In this document: positions 18,835 to 28,891 of the stretch, one piece after another
Layout: each line of letters begins with the position of its first letter
How positions within the stretch are numbered: the stretch's first letter is position 1
IMG/VR virus record: IMGVR_UViG_2648501318_000010
Location: 1 to 29,133 of that record
Length of the DNA stretch: 29,133 nucleotides
Reading direction: 5' to 3' (one strand)
DNA from: a virus
Taxonomy: Duplodnaviria > Heunggongvirae > Uroviricota > Caudoviricetes
The notes under the pieces: model-generated
What the model saw: the letters and a program-made list of their open reading frames with translations, nothing else
What the model was told of the DNA's origin: nothing
The model's database searches: none
Position numbers and translations under genes: made by a program

Positions 18835-19866
18835 CTAATCGCCATCTTCCAGCAGGCGCACCATTGCCCCTGTTTCACTATCCAGGTTACGGATATAGTT
18901 CATAACAATATTTACGTTGGTCCAGCCACCAGCTTGCATGATCTCCGGTATTGAAACTCCGGCACGGGCCATATCTCGCGCGGCTCCGACACGGGCACTG
19001 TGTCCAGACCAGGCCTGGTACCTCTGGCCAGAGTCATCCTTAGCCCCGTAAATCAATCGGTGAGTTGCTTCAAAAATCCCTTCCAGGGCGCGAGTTGATA
19101 GCTGGCTGGTGGGTGATGGCGAGGCAACACCATTTTTTCTGACCCGGCAAAACAAGTAGTTATTCGGATCATCAGCCACACCAGAGACAGAAATCCATCG
19201 CTCGACCAGTTTAGTTACCCCCAGGCTAAGTGCCTTCTCTACACCTGCGGTGCTAACCAGCGTTTTCGTTCTGCCAATATGGATTAACATTCTCCCACCG
19301 TCAGTACGTGAGATATCTTTAACCCTGATCCTGGCAATTTCGGCTATACGTAACAGGGTGTTATAAGCAATCCCCAGAAATGCCAGATTACGTATATCCT
19401 GGCAGCGATCGCTATTTTCCATGAGTGAACGAACCTGGTCGAAATCAGTGCGTTCGAACGCTAGTGCCTGTTTTGCACGTTCACCGGCATCAACGTTTTC
19501 TTTTCGGATCCGCCGCATAACCAGTGAAACAGCATTGCTGTCACTTGGTCGCGGCAGCCCGGACCGACGATGAAGCATGTTTAGCTGGCCCAAATGTTGC
19601 TGGATAGTTTTTACTGCCAGACCGCGCGCCTGAAGATATAGAAGATAATCGCGAACATCTTCAGGTTCTGCGGGAAACCATTTCCGGTTATTCAACTTGC
19701 ACCATGCCGCCCATGACCGGCAAACGGACAGAAGCATTTTCCAGGTATGCTCAGAAAACGCCTGGCGATCCCTGAACATGTCCATCAGGTTCTTGCGAAC
19801 CTCATCACTCGTTGCATCGACCGGCAATGCAGGCAAATTTTGGTGTACGGTCAGTAAATTGGACAT
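18835..19866 (-). CDS. cre: Cre tyrosine site-specific recombinase
   Basis: 343 aa; the translation (MSNLLTVHQNLPALPVDATSDEVRKNLMDMFRDRQAFSEHTWKMLLSVCRSW...) matches Cre essentially throughout, including the catalytic region around RIAEIARI...HSARVGAARDM...GGWTNVNIVMNYIRNLD. loxP is adjacent. Confidence 0.98.
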   Translation of the reverse strand: MSNLLTVHQNLPALPVDATSDEVRKNLMDMFRDRQAFSEHTWKMLLSVCRSWAAWCKLNNRKWFPAEPEDVRDYLLYLQARGLAVKTIQQHLGQLNMLHRRSGLPRPSDSNAVSLVMRRIRKENVDAGERAKQALAFERTDFDQVRSLMENSDRCQDIRNLAFLGIAYNTLLRIAEIARIRVKDISRTDGGRMLIHIGRTKTLVSTAGVEKALSLGVTKLVERWISVSGVADDPNNYLFCRVRKNGVASPSPTSQLSTRALEGIFEATHRLIYGAKDDSGQRYQAWSGHSARVGAARDMARAGVSIPEIMQAGGWTNVNIVMNYIRNLDSETGAMVRLLEDGD

Positions 19867-20284
19867 TTGACACTCAGATAATGGTTTTAAGTAAAGTGTA
19901 CAGGATCGGCTCTGCCTTTACCTGTTTATGGTTCTCGTCATAGAAACGCCAACGACCGCGACTGCGTTCTATCTTTTCTTCACCGCGCGATAATGACAGT
20001 TGACAACTATCACGATCAAACCCTTTTGCCCGCCAGTAACCACGATTTTTCTCAAGCTCAAGATGAGTGGACACTTTAGCAGCTGAATATCCCATTTTTC
20101 ACCTCTGATTGATTGGTGGTGCTAAGTGCGCTACGCGAAATCTGGAGCACTAACACTGCCAACATTTCGCAGATTTTACGTAGCGCAACCTTGATCAAAT
20201 GATCAAGTGATCACTATTTGACCTGATAAGGTATTGAACTGTATGGATTTACAGGTAAATTGATCATGTTCAATAACCCTTAAG

Positions 20285-20318
20285 ATAACTTCGTATAATG
20301 TATGCTATACGAAGTTAT
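20285..20318. other. loxP recombination site
   Basis: Exact 34-bp site: ATAACTTCGTATA (13-bp arm), ATGTATGC (8-bp spacer), TATACGAAGTTAT (inverted arm). Confidence 0.97.
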
Positions 20319-20361
20319 TAGGTCTGAAGAGGAGTTTACGTCCAGCTGCGCATAAAAATCA

Positions 20362-20378
20362 AGAATTATTAGAGCAAT
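20362..20378 (-). promoter_or_regulatory. C1 operator (immC Op99-type) between loxP and coi
   Basis: Minus strand ATTGCTCTAATAATTCT. Confidence 0.6.
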
Positions 20379-20444
20379 AAATTTTGAGAGAAAAATCCCA
20401 CTCCACCAGCCAAAAACTGGATTGTTTTTCATAGTTGTTTGACA

Positions 20445-20461
20445 ATTGCTCTAATAAATTA
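20445..20461 (+). promoter_or_regulatory. C1 operator overlapping a promoter reading toward coi/c1
   Basis: ATTGCTCTAATAAATTA, immediately preceded by a TTGACA -35 hexamer (20439..20444) and overlapping a TATAGT -10-like hexamer. Confidence 0.7.
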
Positions 20462-20699
20462 TAGTTTTGCCGCCGTTTCGTAATACGACTTTGGATTCAC
20501 TATTTAATGTGTCTTCAGCGTTGTAGAGCGGCTCAGAAGGAAATGAGCAAACAGGGAAACCTTATACAACGGCATTACAGCTATGCATTGCTCATCTTAC
20601 ACACAGCGCAATGTTGTTAGATTACCCCAGCATGGATCATGGGTGAAACAGTAGGTCAGAGCTTCAGGCTCTGTGTTGTCAATACAGTGAGGCATAATT

Positions 20700-20909
20700 A
20701 TGGCTTTCATTCCACCAACCATCGACGACGTTAGACATTGCTCTAACGCTTTATCTGTAGACCCCGCCGAAACCGACGCTGCCCGCGCCATTGCTGAACA
20801 CTACTCAAAGATATCCAATCAGGAGTACCGCATCACCCAAGACGACCTGGATGATCTCACTGACACAATCGAATATCTCATGGCCACTAACCAGCCAGAC
20901 TCACAATAA
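20700..20909 (+). CDS. coi: Coi, C1-inactivator protein
   Basis: 69-aa ORF directly upstream of c1 with operators upstream; size and position match P1 coi. An operator-like ATTGCTCTAACG sequence lies inside the ORF (about 20737..20753). Confidence 0.8.
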   Translation: MAFIPPTIDDVRHCSNALSVDPAETDAARAIAEHYSKISNQEYRITQDDLDDLTDTIEYLMATNQPDSQ

Positions 20910-21019
20910 ATGCACTAATAAATCTATTATTTTCGTTGGATCCTTCTATAATGGTGGCCAACAACTCCCAGTGTAATCCGCTGTGAGTTGTTGGCCATGT
21001 CAATTCTGGAGGAGGATCA

Positions 21020-21871
21020 ATGATAAATTATGTCTACGGCGAACAACTGTACCAGGAGTTCGTCAGCTTCAGGGATCTCTTTCTAAAAAAAGCTGTTGCA
21101 CGCGCCCAACACGTTGATGCCGCCAGCGACGGTCGTCCTGTACGCCCGGTTGTCGTTCTGCCGTTCAAAGAAACTGACAGCATTCAGGCTGAAATTGATA
21201 AATGGACTTTAATGGCGCGGGAACTGGAACAGTACCCAGACCTCAATATCCCAAAGACTATTTTATATCCAGTGCCTAACATCCTTCGCGGTGTGCGTAA
21301 GGTTACAACTTATCAGACAGAAGCTGTGAACAGCGTCAACATGACCGCTGGCCGCATTATTCATCTGATTGATAAGGACATTCGCATCCAGAAAAGCGCG
21401 GGGATCAATGAGCACAGTGCGAAATACATAGAGAACCTGGAAGCAACAAAAGAGCTAATGAAGCAGTACCCGGAGGATGAAAAATTCCGTATGCGTGTAC
21501 ACGGCTTTAGCGAAACAATGCTGCGCGTCCATTACATTTCCAGTAGCCCTAACTACAATGATGGTAAATCAGTTAGTTACCATGTGCCGCTGTGTGGTGT
21601 GTTTATCTGCGATGAAACTCTCCGTGATGGAATCATCATCAACGGTGAATTCGAGAAAGCAAAATTTAGCCTTTATGACTCTATAGAACCGATCATCTGC
21701 GACCGCTGGCCGCAGGCAAAAATATATCGCCTGGCAGATATTGAAAATGTAAAAAAACAAATTGCCATCACTCGCGAAGAGAAAAAGGTCAAATCAGCCG
21801 CATCAGTTACGCGCAGCCGTAAAACTAAGAAGGGGCAGCCAGTAAACGACAACCCCGAAAGCGCGCAATAG
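21020..21871 (+). CDS. c1: C1 repressor of lysogeny
   Basis: 283 aa, the size of P1 C1; N-terminus MINYVYGEQLYQEFVSF as I recall for C1; flanked by coi, operators and loxP. Confidence 0.9.
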   Translation: MINYVYGEQLYQEFVSFRDLFLKKAVARAQHVDAASDGRPVRPVVVLPFKETDSIQAEIDKWTLMARELEQYPDLNIPKTILYPVPNILRGVRKVTTYQTEAVNSVNMTAGRIIHLIDKDIRIQKSAGINEHSAKYIENLEATKELMKQYPEDEKFRMRVHGFSETMLRVHYISSSPNYNDGKSVSYHVPLCGVFICDETLRDGIIINGEFEKAKFSLYDSIEPIICDRWPQAKIYRLADIENVKKQIAITREEKKVKSAASVTRSRKTKKGQPVNDNPESAQ

Positions 21872-21895
21872 TTTCTATCCGGCATGGTCAATGAG

Positions 21896-23380
21896 TTATT
21901 CATTAAGCCATGCCAGAGCTTCATCAACCTGCGCTTCGTCTTCGACGCTAAGCACTTCATCCTGGGGAACATAATCCGCCAGCATAGCGAAACAATATGT
22001 ATCCCAATGGTCTGGTGAGTGCAGGTTGAGTTTTTTCTTCATATCCTCCTTACTCATCACCTTCCATTGACCTGCGGAGTTAATCCCTACAGGGATTTTC
22101 GACGCTTCCTCAATAGTTTCATTACCCTTATCCAGTCTCATACGACCTGATTTTACGGCCTCTGCGGCTTGAACGTTGGCATAAGCACGCTTATCAAAGT
22201 ACAGGCTCTTATCTTCACGGCTATGCATCTTTTTACCCCAGCGTATACGCTGTACGGTAATACCATAATACTCGTACATCAGATCCGCCGTTGCTTTACC
22301 CAGGCCATCGCCGTCTATCGCTATGGTGATATTTGGGAATCGCTCAGGATTACATTCTGCGAAAATTTTGGCGGCAAGCTGCGTTTCTGTAACGTCTGTG
22401 TATTCCAGCATTCGATAGTTGATTACACGGCGTTTATTTCGCTGGCCGGACACCATCATGATATTGATAACTGACTTATCCCGTCCCGTACCACCAGCAA
22501 CGTCCACACATGCAAGCCAGCCCCATCCTTTGGCAATCTTAACTTTCCGCCGCGTTGCACGTTCAACCTCATCACGTCCAAGAAGGAAGCCGTCCTGTGA
22601 TTTAGGGAATAGGCCACGCACCTTAATCATGTACATAGGGTTATCACGCCCGCCGTACTCCGCCAGCTTCATTTTGATAAATTCTGGCGTTACCAGCGGT
22701 GATTCCTCACTGTTAAGCGTGATCGCCGTATAAACGCCATCTGGGTTACCAGGACGCTTGGCCAGTTTATGGTGAGTATCGTAGAAATAGCCGCTTGGGC
22801 GTGTAGGCTGTGACAGTAATAAGATGCGGTTATCCTGTCCGGTAAGAGCACCGGTGATGATACCGAAAGCTCTATCACTGACACCGGAGGCTTCATCGAT
22901 AATATACAGAAGATGATCTGCGTGTTCACCGGCGAGAGCTTCTTCACTTCCCAGACGAAAGCCCTTCGGTACTACAGTCCATACACCTTTACCAGTAACC
23001 TCATAGAAAGCGGTTTCTGTCAGAACAAAATAATCAGCAAGCCATGGAAAACGGCTGGTGGCAGTAGCCCAGTTTATCTTGATGTACTTGAATATACCGG
23101 TCATTACCTGCTGAATTTTGTTCGCAACGATAATGGCGCGGGCACCGGGATACATGATTATGAACAACATGATCATGATAGAAGTCATGTCTGATTTCCC
23201 GGTACCGTGACCAGACGAAACAGATGTCTTGCTACCCTGTTCCTGCACAGACTCAATAATCAGATCCTGCTGCCAGGTAGGTGTTTTGCCGAACAAAACA
23301 TCAGCGGCAGCAATCCAGTCATAACGATATAGCGCCACCAGCTCGCGCCAACGTGGATCCGTTACGCAACTTCTGGCCAT
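21896..23380 (-). CDS. pacB: Pacase (terminase) large subunit PacB
   Basis: 494 aa, the size of P1 PacB; its start overlaps the pacA stop by 1 nt; located next to c1 as in P1. Confidence 0.85.
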   Translation of the reverse strand: MARSCVTDPRWRELVALYRYDWIAAADVLFGKTPTWQQDLIIESVQEQGSKTSVSSGHGTGKSDMTSIMIMLFIIMYPGARAIIVANKIQQVMTGIFKYIKINWATATSRFPWLADYFVLTETAFYEVTGKGVWTVVPKGFRLGSEEALAGEHADHLLYIIDEASGVSDRAFGIITGALTGQDNRILLLSQPTRPSGYFYDTHHKLAKRPGNPDGVYTAITLNSEESPLVTPEFIKMKLAEYGGRDNPMYMIKVRGLFPKSQDGFLLGRDEVERATRRKVKIAKGWGWLACVDVAGGTGRDKSVINIMMVSGQRNKRRVINYRMLEYTDVTETQLAAKIFAECNPERFPNITIAIDGDGLGKATADLMYEYYGITVQRIRWGKKMHSREDKSLYFDKRAYANVQAAEAVKSGRMRLDKGNETIEEASKIPVGINSAGQWKVMSKEDMKKKLNLHSPDHWDTYCFAMLADYVPQDEVLSVEDEAQVDEALAWLNE

Positions 23381-24573
23381 TAATCATCATCCCCGTATAG
23401 CTTGCGGGTAACTTCTTCGTCTTCCTCCTCGTCTTCGTCCAGGTCTTGTTCCAGCCATGGGTCGTTTGATACACCTTCAGTATCAACATCTCCATAACCG
23501 CCTGTATCAACGATATCGGCGATTTCTTCCCTACGCTGCTCAATCCACAATGCGGCATCGGCGCGGCGGTTGGCGGCCCGTTCTCGCGCAACTTTGTCCA
23601 GATCTTCAAGAGAAGGGCCACCGACGGCTGTTTGCCTTTCCTCATCATCGGTATTGGTCTTAGGAGCACGCAGATCGGCTTTGATTTGCTCCAGCATCAG
23701 GGGCGGCACTTTCCCGCCATGCGCCTCGATGAATTCAGCTGCTTCCAGCACTGACCAGTTATTTTCACGCTTTCGTTCGTATGCCAGCTTAACAATGCCA
23801 GCTTGCCCCATAGATAAAGCGTGCTTTTCCGCCTCCCGGCTTTCTTTTCGATAGTTATTCCGGATGCTGTAAATGGTGTTGATCAGACTGCTTATCTGCG
23901 CGGAACAGCTGTTTAGCATGCTCGCGATACGGTATTCAGGCGGAGTTCCTTCATCATCGTCTTTTTGCTGATCGCGAATTTCCTGCACCAGGCGAATACA
24001 CGTATCCCTGGCGTTCTCCAGCATAAGGAGATGAGAGAGAGACTTTTCCAGAAGAGTGGTTTCCAGAACATCAGCCCCGGACCGACGCAACATAGCGCGC
24101 GCGGCCTTCCGCGCTTCAACGTTATCTATCAGGTAATCGCCAGCTTCGAATTCAAAGCGTTCACCATCATCATCCAGGGTGTCGCGTTCCAGGCGATCAC
24201 GTAAGGTCCGGCGGGCGCGGGTGATCACGTCATGATCATCTGAACGATCATTTATGCGCTTATTTTGGCGCTTCGCATTCTCGACTGCGGCACTGACAAC
24301 GGCATTAACTCTCTGTTTTTCCGCTATTTCAGCCGCAATATGATCACCTGCATGTTGATCATTAGAGTGATCAATGATCATGCTTTTTAGTGGCTTCCTG
24401 ACTGGCTTATTTGGCTTGCGGCTGTCCGCAGTCCTGGTGTCTTCTTTGAAGGCACGGAGATAACGACGTGCGGTATTAGGGTTAAGATTAAACTCGGCGG
24501 CATACTGTGCGATGGTGTAACCACCATCTCGCGCCAGGCGAGCAAAATTCTTTTTGTGATCGTCCCAGGTCAC
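23380..24573 (-). CDS. pacA: Pacase small/recognition subunit PacA, containing the pac site
   Basis: 397 aa, the size of P1 PacA; acidic C-terminus; the 5' third of the gene contains the clustered GATC-hexamer pac site. Confidence 0.85.
   Translation of the reverse strand: MTWDDHKKNFARLARDGGYTIAQYAAEFNLNPNTARRYLRAFKEDTRTADSRKPNKPVRKPLKSMIIDHSNDQHAGDHIAAEIAEKQRVNAVVSAAVENAKRQNKRINDRSDDHDVITRARRTLRDRLERDTLDDDGERFEFEAGDYLIDNVEARKAARAMLRRSGADVLETTLLEKSLSHLLMLENARDTCIRLVQEIRDQQKDDDEGTPPEYRIASMLNSCSAQISSLINTIYSIRNNYRKESREAEKHALSMGQAGIVKLAYERKRENNWSVLEAAEFIEAHGGKVPPLMLEQIKADLRAPKTNTDDEERQTAVGGPSLEDLDKVARERAANRRADAALWIEQRREEIADIVDTGGYGDVDTEGVSNDPWLEQDLDEDEEEDEEVTRKLYGDDD
24221..24380. other. pac packaging site with Dam-methylatable hexanucleotide elements
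   Basis: Two clusters of TGATCA/G-type hexamers: GATC at about 24223, 24234, 24246 and at about 24342, 24357, 24369, 24376 (3 + 4), separated by roughly 90 bp, inside the pacA 5' coding region. Confidence 0.7.
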
Positions 24574-24658
24574 TTATGCTTCCTTTCGTAAAAACTCTTT
24601 TTGACGCGAGGGTAACGAAAGTCACATGTCAAAAGGCCCGGAACGGGCAAGCAATCAA

Positions 24659-25111
24659 TCAGATACGTGCGGATGTGGCATTACCGTAATGACGGTGCTG
24701 ACGGGCCACCTTATTGAAAAGTTGACGCGCCATTACCCAAGGCTGGTGCTCCCGGCGTTCCTTTTCGTCCTGCGTCATATAGAGTTCGTTCTGGAGTTTT
24801 TCATCAAACCGGCGCGGAGCGCGGCTACGGCGAAAGAATTCAGGATTCAGAGAGTGGATCTGAAATCTACGTGGGCGTGTACTGTCATCAATCAAAACAG
24901 ACGAATACTTAGACACAGCGATAGCCTTTAAGCGCAGATAAACATCGCGCTTATCGACATCCAGATGCGGGTATTCCTTTTCAAGAATTGCTGCGAGTTC
25001 TTTCGCTGATAGAAGAGATTTAGTGCGGATCATGTAATCCGCAATCTCGTACGATGTTATTCGTGAGTGATTTATTTCCATGAAGTGGCGTCCCTGCCAG
25101 TTAAGTAACAT
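24659..25111 (-). CDS. lpa: Late promoter activator (Lpa/gp10-like)
   Basis: 150-aa ORF immediately upstream of pacA with a C1 operator-like site upstream. I have no sequence recollection for Lpa; assignment by position and operator context. Confidence 0.55.
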   Translation of the reverse strand: MLLNWQGRHFMEINHSRITSYEIADYMIRTKSLLSAKELAAILEKEYPHLDVDKRDVYLRLKAIAVSKYSSVLIDDSTRPRRFQIHSLNPEFFRRSRAPRRFDEKLQNELYMTQDEKERREHQPWVMARQLFNKVARQHRHYGNATSARI

Positions 25112-25181
25112 CCTGTCACCTACTGATTAGCCCATGTCAACTAATCAACGTGGAATATAATACCCTCGATTAAATAAATAG

Positions 25182-25198
25182 CAATACATTAGAGCAAT
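25182..25198 (-). promoter_or_regulatory. C1 operator-like site upstream of lpa
   Basis: Minus strand ATTGCTCTAATGTATTG, about 70 nt upstream of the lpa start. Confidence 0.55.
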
Positions 25199-25199
25199 T

Positions 25200-26243
25200 T
25201 TATCTAACGCTCGACGAGTGACTTGTGATAGCGCCGACTCCAAGCGCGTAATCAAAGAACAATCGTTGATGCATCGCCAGCCTACCGTGTGTTTTCTCCC
25301 AATTATCGCGGTCACGCTCAATATCACGCTGGCATGACTGGCACAGAGGAATAGCATAAATGTCATGCGCGCATAATCGACTATGACGAACGATATAAGG
25401 CGTAATGTGAGCGCCAGCTCCCGCAGCTCCACAGCCACAGCATGGACGGGAAGCAACAAAGTCCATGTACTCAGGTAATTTTAGCGATTGAAGTTTTGGT
25501 ATTTTGAAATGCGCCATACCTGGGTCGGAGTCAACATCCACAGGACATACTTTTGCACGCATCGGCGCGGCGCGTTCTTCCATCATCTGAACATATGCTA
25601 TAGCGCGATCGTCATACGGGCGAATATCCGCCTCTTTCAGAGGTCCGCTATCCTGCGGAGTAGCCTTCATCTTATTTATTGATATGCGGCAGACTTCTTC
25701 CGGCATCAGGTGCATCATGTTGCGCATGAAAGCCCACCAGCACAGTTCCTGAATACTTAAATCATGGCCATCTGAAAGCCCCATTTCCTGACGGGCGACA
25801 TCCAGTATCCAGTTAACGCGATTATTATGCAGCGTTTCTTTCAGCTCATTAAAACCACGCATCCGGTAATGGTTATCGTGATGCCAGCACAACAACACCG
25901 CGCTATTGTCTCGTTCAGCGTGGACAATATGGTTGTCACACCAACTACGATCTGCGGCCTGGCATTGCCCCTCTTTCCTGCGCAACCACGCCACCAGCGA
26001 GTCAATTCCACCAATACGGCGAAACAGTTCATCGCTGTTAAAAAACGGCTGCAACGCCTCATTTGTTGCCATAGTTTGCTCGGAAACAACGAGGCCGTCG
26101 TCCATGTGCTCGATTAACTCACGCGGCACCGGCTCCATAATAAATTTACGGCCAGCCTCCACCAGCTTTCTGACCTCCTGGTCCACTTTGAACGTGGCGA
26201 GGCCAAGCTCTTTCTGTACAAATGGAGTAATTACGGCTTTCAC
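25200..26243 (-). CDS. Hypothetical protein with a Cys/His-rich C-terminal region (P1 pdcB position)
   Basis: 347-aa ORF with a GTG start; C-terminal CCGCG...C..H...C..C cluster suggests metal binding; downstream of phd/doc as pdcB is in P1. No family recognised. Confidence 0.45.
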   Translation of the reverse strand: MKAVITPFVQKELGLATFKVDQEVRKLVEAGRKFIMEPVPRELIEHMDDGLVVSEQTMATNEALQPFFNSDELFRRIGGIDSLVAWLRRKEGQCQAADRSWCDNHIVHAERDNSAVLLCWHHDNHYRMRGFNELKETLHNNRVNWILDVARQEMGLSDGHDLSIQELCWWAFMRNMMHLMPEEVCRISINKMKATPQDSGPLKEADIRPYDDRAIAYVQMMEERAAPMRAKVCPVDVDSDPGMAHFKIPKLQSLKLPEYMDFVASRPCCGCGAAGAGAHITPYIVRHSRLCAHDIYAIPLCQSCQRDIERDRDNWEKTHGRLAMHQRLFFDYALGVGAITSHSSSVR

Positions 26244-26454
26244 ATCACACCTTTAATCACTGATTGGGCTTTATCTGCTGCCCGGCATTCTCTGTTTAAG
26301 CACAACCATTTCCTGACGGCATAACACAGCAATAGCGGTCCTGGCACCAATTTGCTTACCAACCAGGTATTGCTTTACCTCGCGGCGACTCACGCCATCA
26401 AGAAGCATCTTTAACGCTTCACGGGACAATTTGTTGTATTTACGTGCCATTAAT

Positions 26455-26835
26455 CTACTCCGCGGAACCATACAATCTACGTAACGTGTCGGCGACAGAA
26501 GATACAGATATCTCTCCGGTCGCAGCCCCTACGGTAAGGTCTGCCAGTTCAGGTGAATCAAATACCTGCACCCCGTTACGGCGTAGAAATAACAGCGCAC
26601 TGTTTAGCGCGGTACGCTTATTGGCATCATTGAATATATGCCCTCTCGCTGTAGCCACCAGGTAGGTGGCGGAGACTTCGAAAAGGTCGGTGATCTCTTC
26701 GTAGGCAACTCTGGCCTGAACTCTCCCGATAATGGCCTCTGCCCTACCCGGATCTGACATTCCCGGCAAGCCGCCGTAGCGGTTTATATTCGCATCATGA
26801 AGCGCAATAAGTTCTTCCGGTGATATATGCCTCAT
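26455..26835 (-). CDS. doc: Doc toxin (death on curing; Fic-fold kinase)
   Basis: 126 aa; translation ([25 protein letters not shown]...[23 protein letters not shown]...) matches P1 Doc, including the Fic-type HxFxD(A)NKR motif. Confidence 0.95.
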   Translation of the reverse strand: MRHISPEELIALHDANINRYGGLPGMSDPGRAEAIIGRVQARVAYEEITDLFEVSATYLVATARGHIFNDANKRTALNSALLFLRRNGVQVFDSPELADLTVGAATGEISVSSVADTLRRLYGSAE

Positions 26836-27056
26836 TATCGGTTAACCAGTTCCTTGTTGGTGGAGTCCAGGGTGTCAAACAGGGATGCAAATTCAGCATC
26901 CAGCGCCGCTTTTTTGTAGGCTTCAAAAGTAGCCTTGCTGACAATTACTGCTGGCTCACGGCCTCTGCGGGTGATTTCAACCTCTTCCCCGGCTTCAACA
27001 TTGTTGAGCACTTCAGAAAGGTTGCCGCGCGCGGTACGGAAGTTAATGGATTGCAT
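26835..27056 (-). CDS. phd: Phd antitoxin (prevents host death)
   Basis: 73 aa from the second in-frame ATG ([40 protein letters not shown]...), matching P1 Phd; its stop overlaps the doc start. Confidence 0.95.
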   Translation of the reverse strand: MQSINFRTARGNLSEVLNNVEAGEEVEITRRGREPAVIVSKATFEAYKKAALDAEFASLFDTLDSTNKELVNR

Positions 27057-27128
27057 AAACACCTCGTGTACTCGTTATGTGTACACAATTATAAACTTCA
27101 CAGGCATAAAGCACCAGCACTTTGCAGC

Positions 27129-27518
27129 TTAAATAACCGGACAATCATCAAATTCCCCACTTCGGGCATCATTGATGACATGAGTGATCACACCAAAAAC
27201 AGCATTACTGCCCGTGTAACCATCGTCATCTACTGGTAACGCCTCTTTCTTCCCGGTGCTTAAATCCTCCAGGTGCTGGCGCGGATACTTTCGGTATCTC
27301 TTTATGCGATATTCACCCTCCATAGCGCACACAAGCAGCGAACCATCAACTGGAGTAAGCGAAGAATCAACCACCAGCAAAGCACCCTGCAATATTCCCT
27401 CGCGGTGATGGCTGTCTGCCGCCCGCATGAAGTAGGTCGCTGATGGATGCCTGATTAGTTGCTGATCAAGAGAAATTCTGCTTTCAACATAATCCGCCGC
27501 AGGAGAAGGGAAGCCCAT
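27129..27518 (-). CDS. humD: HumD, UmuD'-like SOS mutagenesis protein
   Basis: 129 aa; strong similarity to the UmuD C-terminal domain (GFPSPAADYVE.RI.L.Q.LI.HPSATYF) without the N-terminal cleavable segment; LexA box immediately upstream. Confidence 0.9.
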   Translation of the reverse strand: MGFPSPAADYVESRISLDQQLIRHPSATYFMRAADSHHREGILQGALLVVDSSLTPVDGSLLVCAMEGEYRIKRYRKYPRQHLEDLSTGKKEALPVDDDGYTGSNAVFGVITHVINDARSGEFDDCPVI

Positions 27519-27537
27519 AGCGTTTTCACCTCAATAA

Positions 27538-27557
27538 TACTGTTCATTTATACAGTA
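27538..27557. promoter_or_regulatory. LexA box (SOS operator) in the humD divergent promoter region
   Basis: TACTGTTCATTTATACAGTA fits the CTGT-N8-ACAG consensus; 20-39 nt upstream of the humD start codon. Confidence 0.75.
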
Positions 27558-27692
27558 TACATTAAAGAGACACCTTTGGTGCAAACGCGTTATGTACATC
27601 AACCACCGCAGATGATTTTGTGCGCTTTGCTACTATTCATCACCAACGGATCAGCGTAACCTCGTTGCCAATCAGTTAATAAGGAATTAGCT

Positions 27693-28277
27693 ATGCCTGC
27701 CCGCATTCCTCTCGATCCTGTATTGCCCAAAAATTTTGACTGCACTCCTAACGAGAAACGCTCTAAAGCTCAGTTGGACGCCTGGTGGGACCATCCATAT
27801 GGGGTTACACAACCTGACGGGAAAATTGTAGTTTATTGTCTGAATGGTGGGGCGTGGGACCGTCCATCCGTGCTTGGTTTGGCAAATAACTATGATGAAG
27901 CCTGTGAACTTGCCGAAAGACAGCAGGCAAGCTGGGTAAAAACACGTTATGAACCGACATTCATGTTTTCAAAAGAACCGCCATTTATACTGGCGAGGAT
28001 GCCGCAGCGACCGGATCATCAACAAGAAATTGTTGCTGAATTTTCCTCTAGGGATGAGATGAATCTCTTCTCATTAAAGCAGGAAGAAAGGGATCGCGTC
28101 GAAGTGTCTCCAACTCTCGACCACAACCGGATGAACCTGGCCCAACTCGCCTGGTACAGCAAAGAATTAGAGATGTCTATTGCCCGACTTGAAAACGAAA
28201 AAGCCGCTATCCAAGCCCAGCATGAAGTAGTTCTGAACCGGATTAGAGAAATGCAAAACGATAACAGGGGATTTTGA
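27693..28277 (+). CDS. Hypothetical protein divergent from humD (possible P1 lxr equivalent)
   Basis: 194-aa ORF with an AGGAAT RBS-like sequence upstream; predicted coiled-coil C-terminus; no homology recognised. It shares the LexA-box intergenic region with humD. Confidence 0.5.
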   Translation: MPARIPLDPVLPKNFDCTPNEKRSKAQLDAWWDHPYGVTQPDGKIVVYCLNGGAWDRPSVLGLANNYDEACELAERQQASWVKTRYEPTFMFSKEPPFILARMPQRPDHQQEIVAEFSSRDEMNLFSLKQEERDRVEVSPTLDHNRMNLAQLAWYSKELEMSIARLENEKAAIQAQHEVVLNRIREMQNDNRGF

Positions 28278-28640
28278 ATGGCTAAAATCGAGTACCATCG
28301 CGATCGCGGTAATTACCTGGAAATATACGATCATGAATCTCTTAACGATATCAACGATGCGTTATATGAATACTGTGAAAAAATGAGCATCACAGATGCA
28401 CCTGACGCATTTGTCGAGCTACCGGTATATCTCCGCGACATCTATGCAATACGGACGCCGCCCGTATCGGTAATTCACATTGGCTATGTCCGCCTGTCCA
28501 TCGAAGAAGATGAAGATCGTTATATCGTACGCCACTATACATTGGACAGAAAAGAGCTTCCCAATGAATGGAACATGAGTAATTTCTACAACGGTGAATA
28601 TGGCTTAAAACCCGCTATGAATGGCGCGGGCATTGCGTAA
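28278..28640 (+). CDS. Hypothetical protein, translationally coupled to the upstream ORF
   Basis: 120-aa ORF whose ATG overlaps the TGA stop of the 194-aa ORF (TGAATG); no homology recognised. Confidence 0.5.
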   Translation: MAKIEYHRDRGNYLEIYDHESLNDINDALYEYCEKMSITDAPDAFVELPVYLRDIYAIRTPPVSVIHIGYVRLSIEEDEDRYIVRHYTLDRKELPNEWNMSNFYNGEYGLKPAMNGAGIA

Positions 28641-28651
28641 TAGCCTAACAA

Positions 28652-28891
28652 CTATTCTGTTTTCTGATATGCCGGATCGTTCCCTTTTGGCAACTGGAGG
28701 CTTAACTGCCGGTAGTGCCGTAGACGTTCCATGAAATAGGTGCGCAGATTCTCTGGTTGCTCGCGGGCTACCTGTTCAGCTATGACAGGTATGTTCAATC
28801 GCTCTTTGTAGGCAACCCCCCTGGCAGCCAGGTCAACGTTAACTTTATTCCTTTCTTCCTGGCTTTTGGCTGCTATGTTCCATTCGTTCAT
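28652..28891 (-). CDS. hot: Hot, homolog of the DNA polymerase III theta subunit (HolE-like)
   Basis: About 79 aa from the internal ATG at 28891; the [32 protein letters not shown] motif closely resembles E. coli HolE. The ORF track extends 21 codons upstream. Confidence 0.7.
   Translation of the reverse strand: MNEWNIAAKSQEERNKVNVDLAARGVAYKERLNIPVIAEQVAREQPENLRTYFMERLRHYRQLSLQLPKGNDPAYQKTE

Noticed and set aside
13261-18835. Type III restriction-modification genes (res/mod, EcoP1I-like) expected between lxc and ref/cre by analogy with P1
   Set aside because: No ORFs of the required size (about 970 and 650 aa) and no MTase or helicase motifs are present in this interval; the only methyltransferase/helicase signatures in the window belong to darB.
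19874-20095. 73-aa ORF between cre and loxP (minus strand)
   Set aside because: It lies in the cre promoter/leader region, which carries the inverted repeat and Dam sites; no convincing RBS or homology; probably not a gene.
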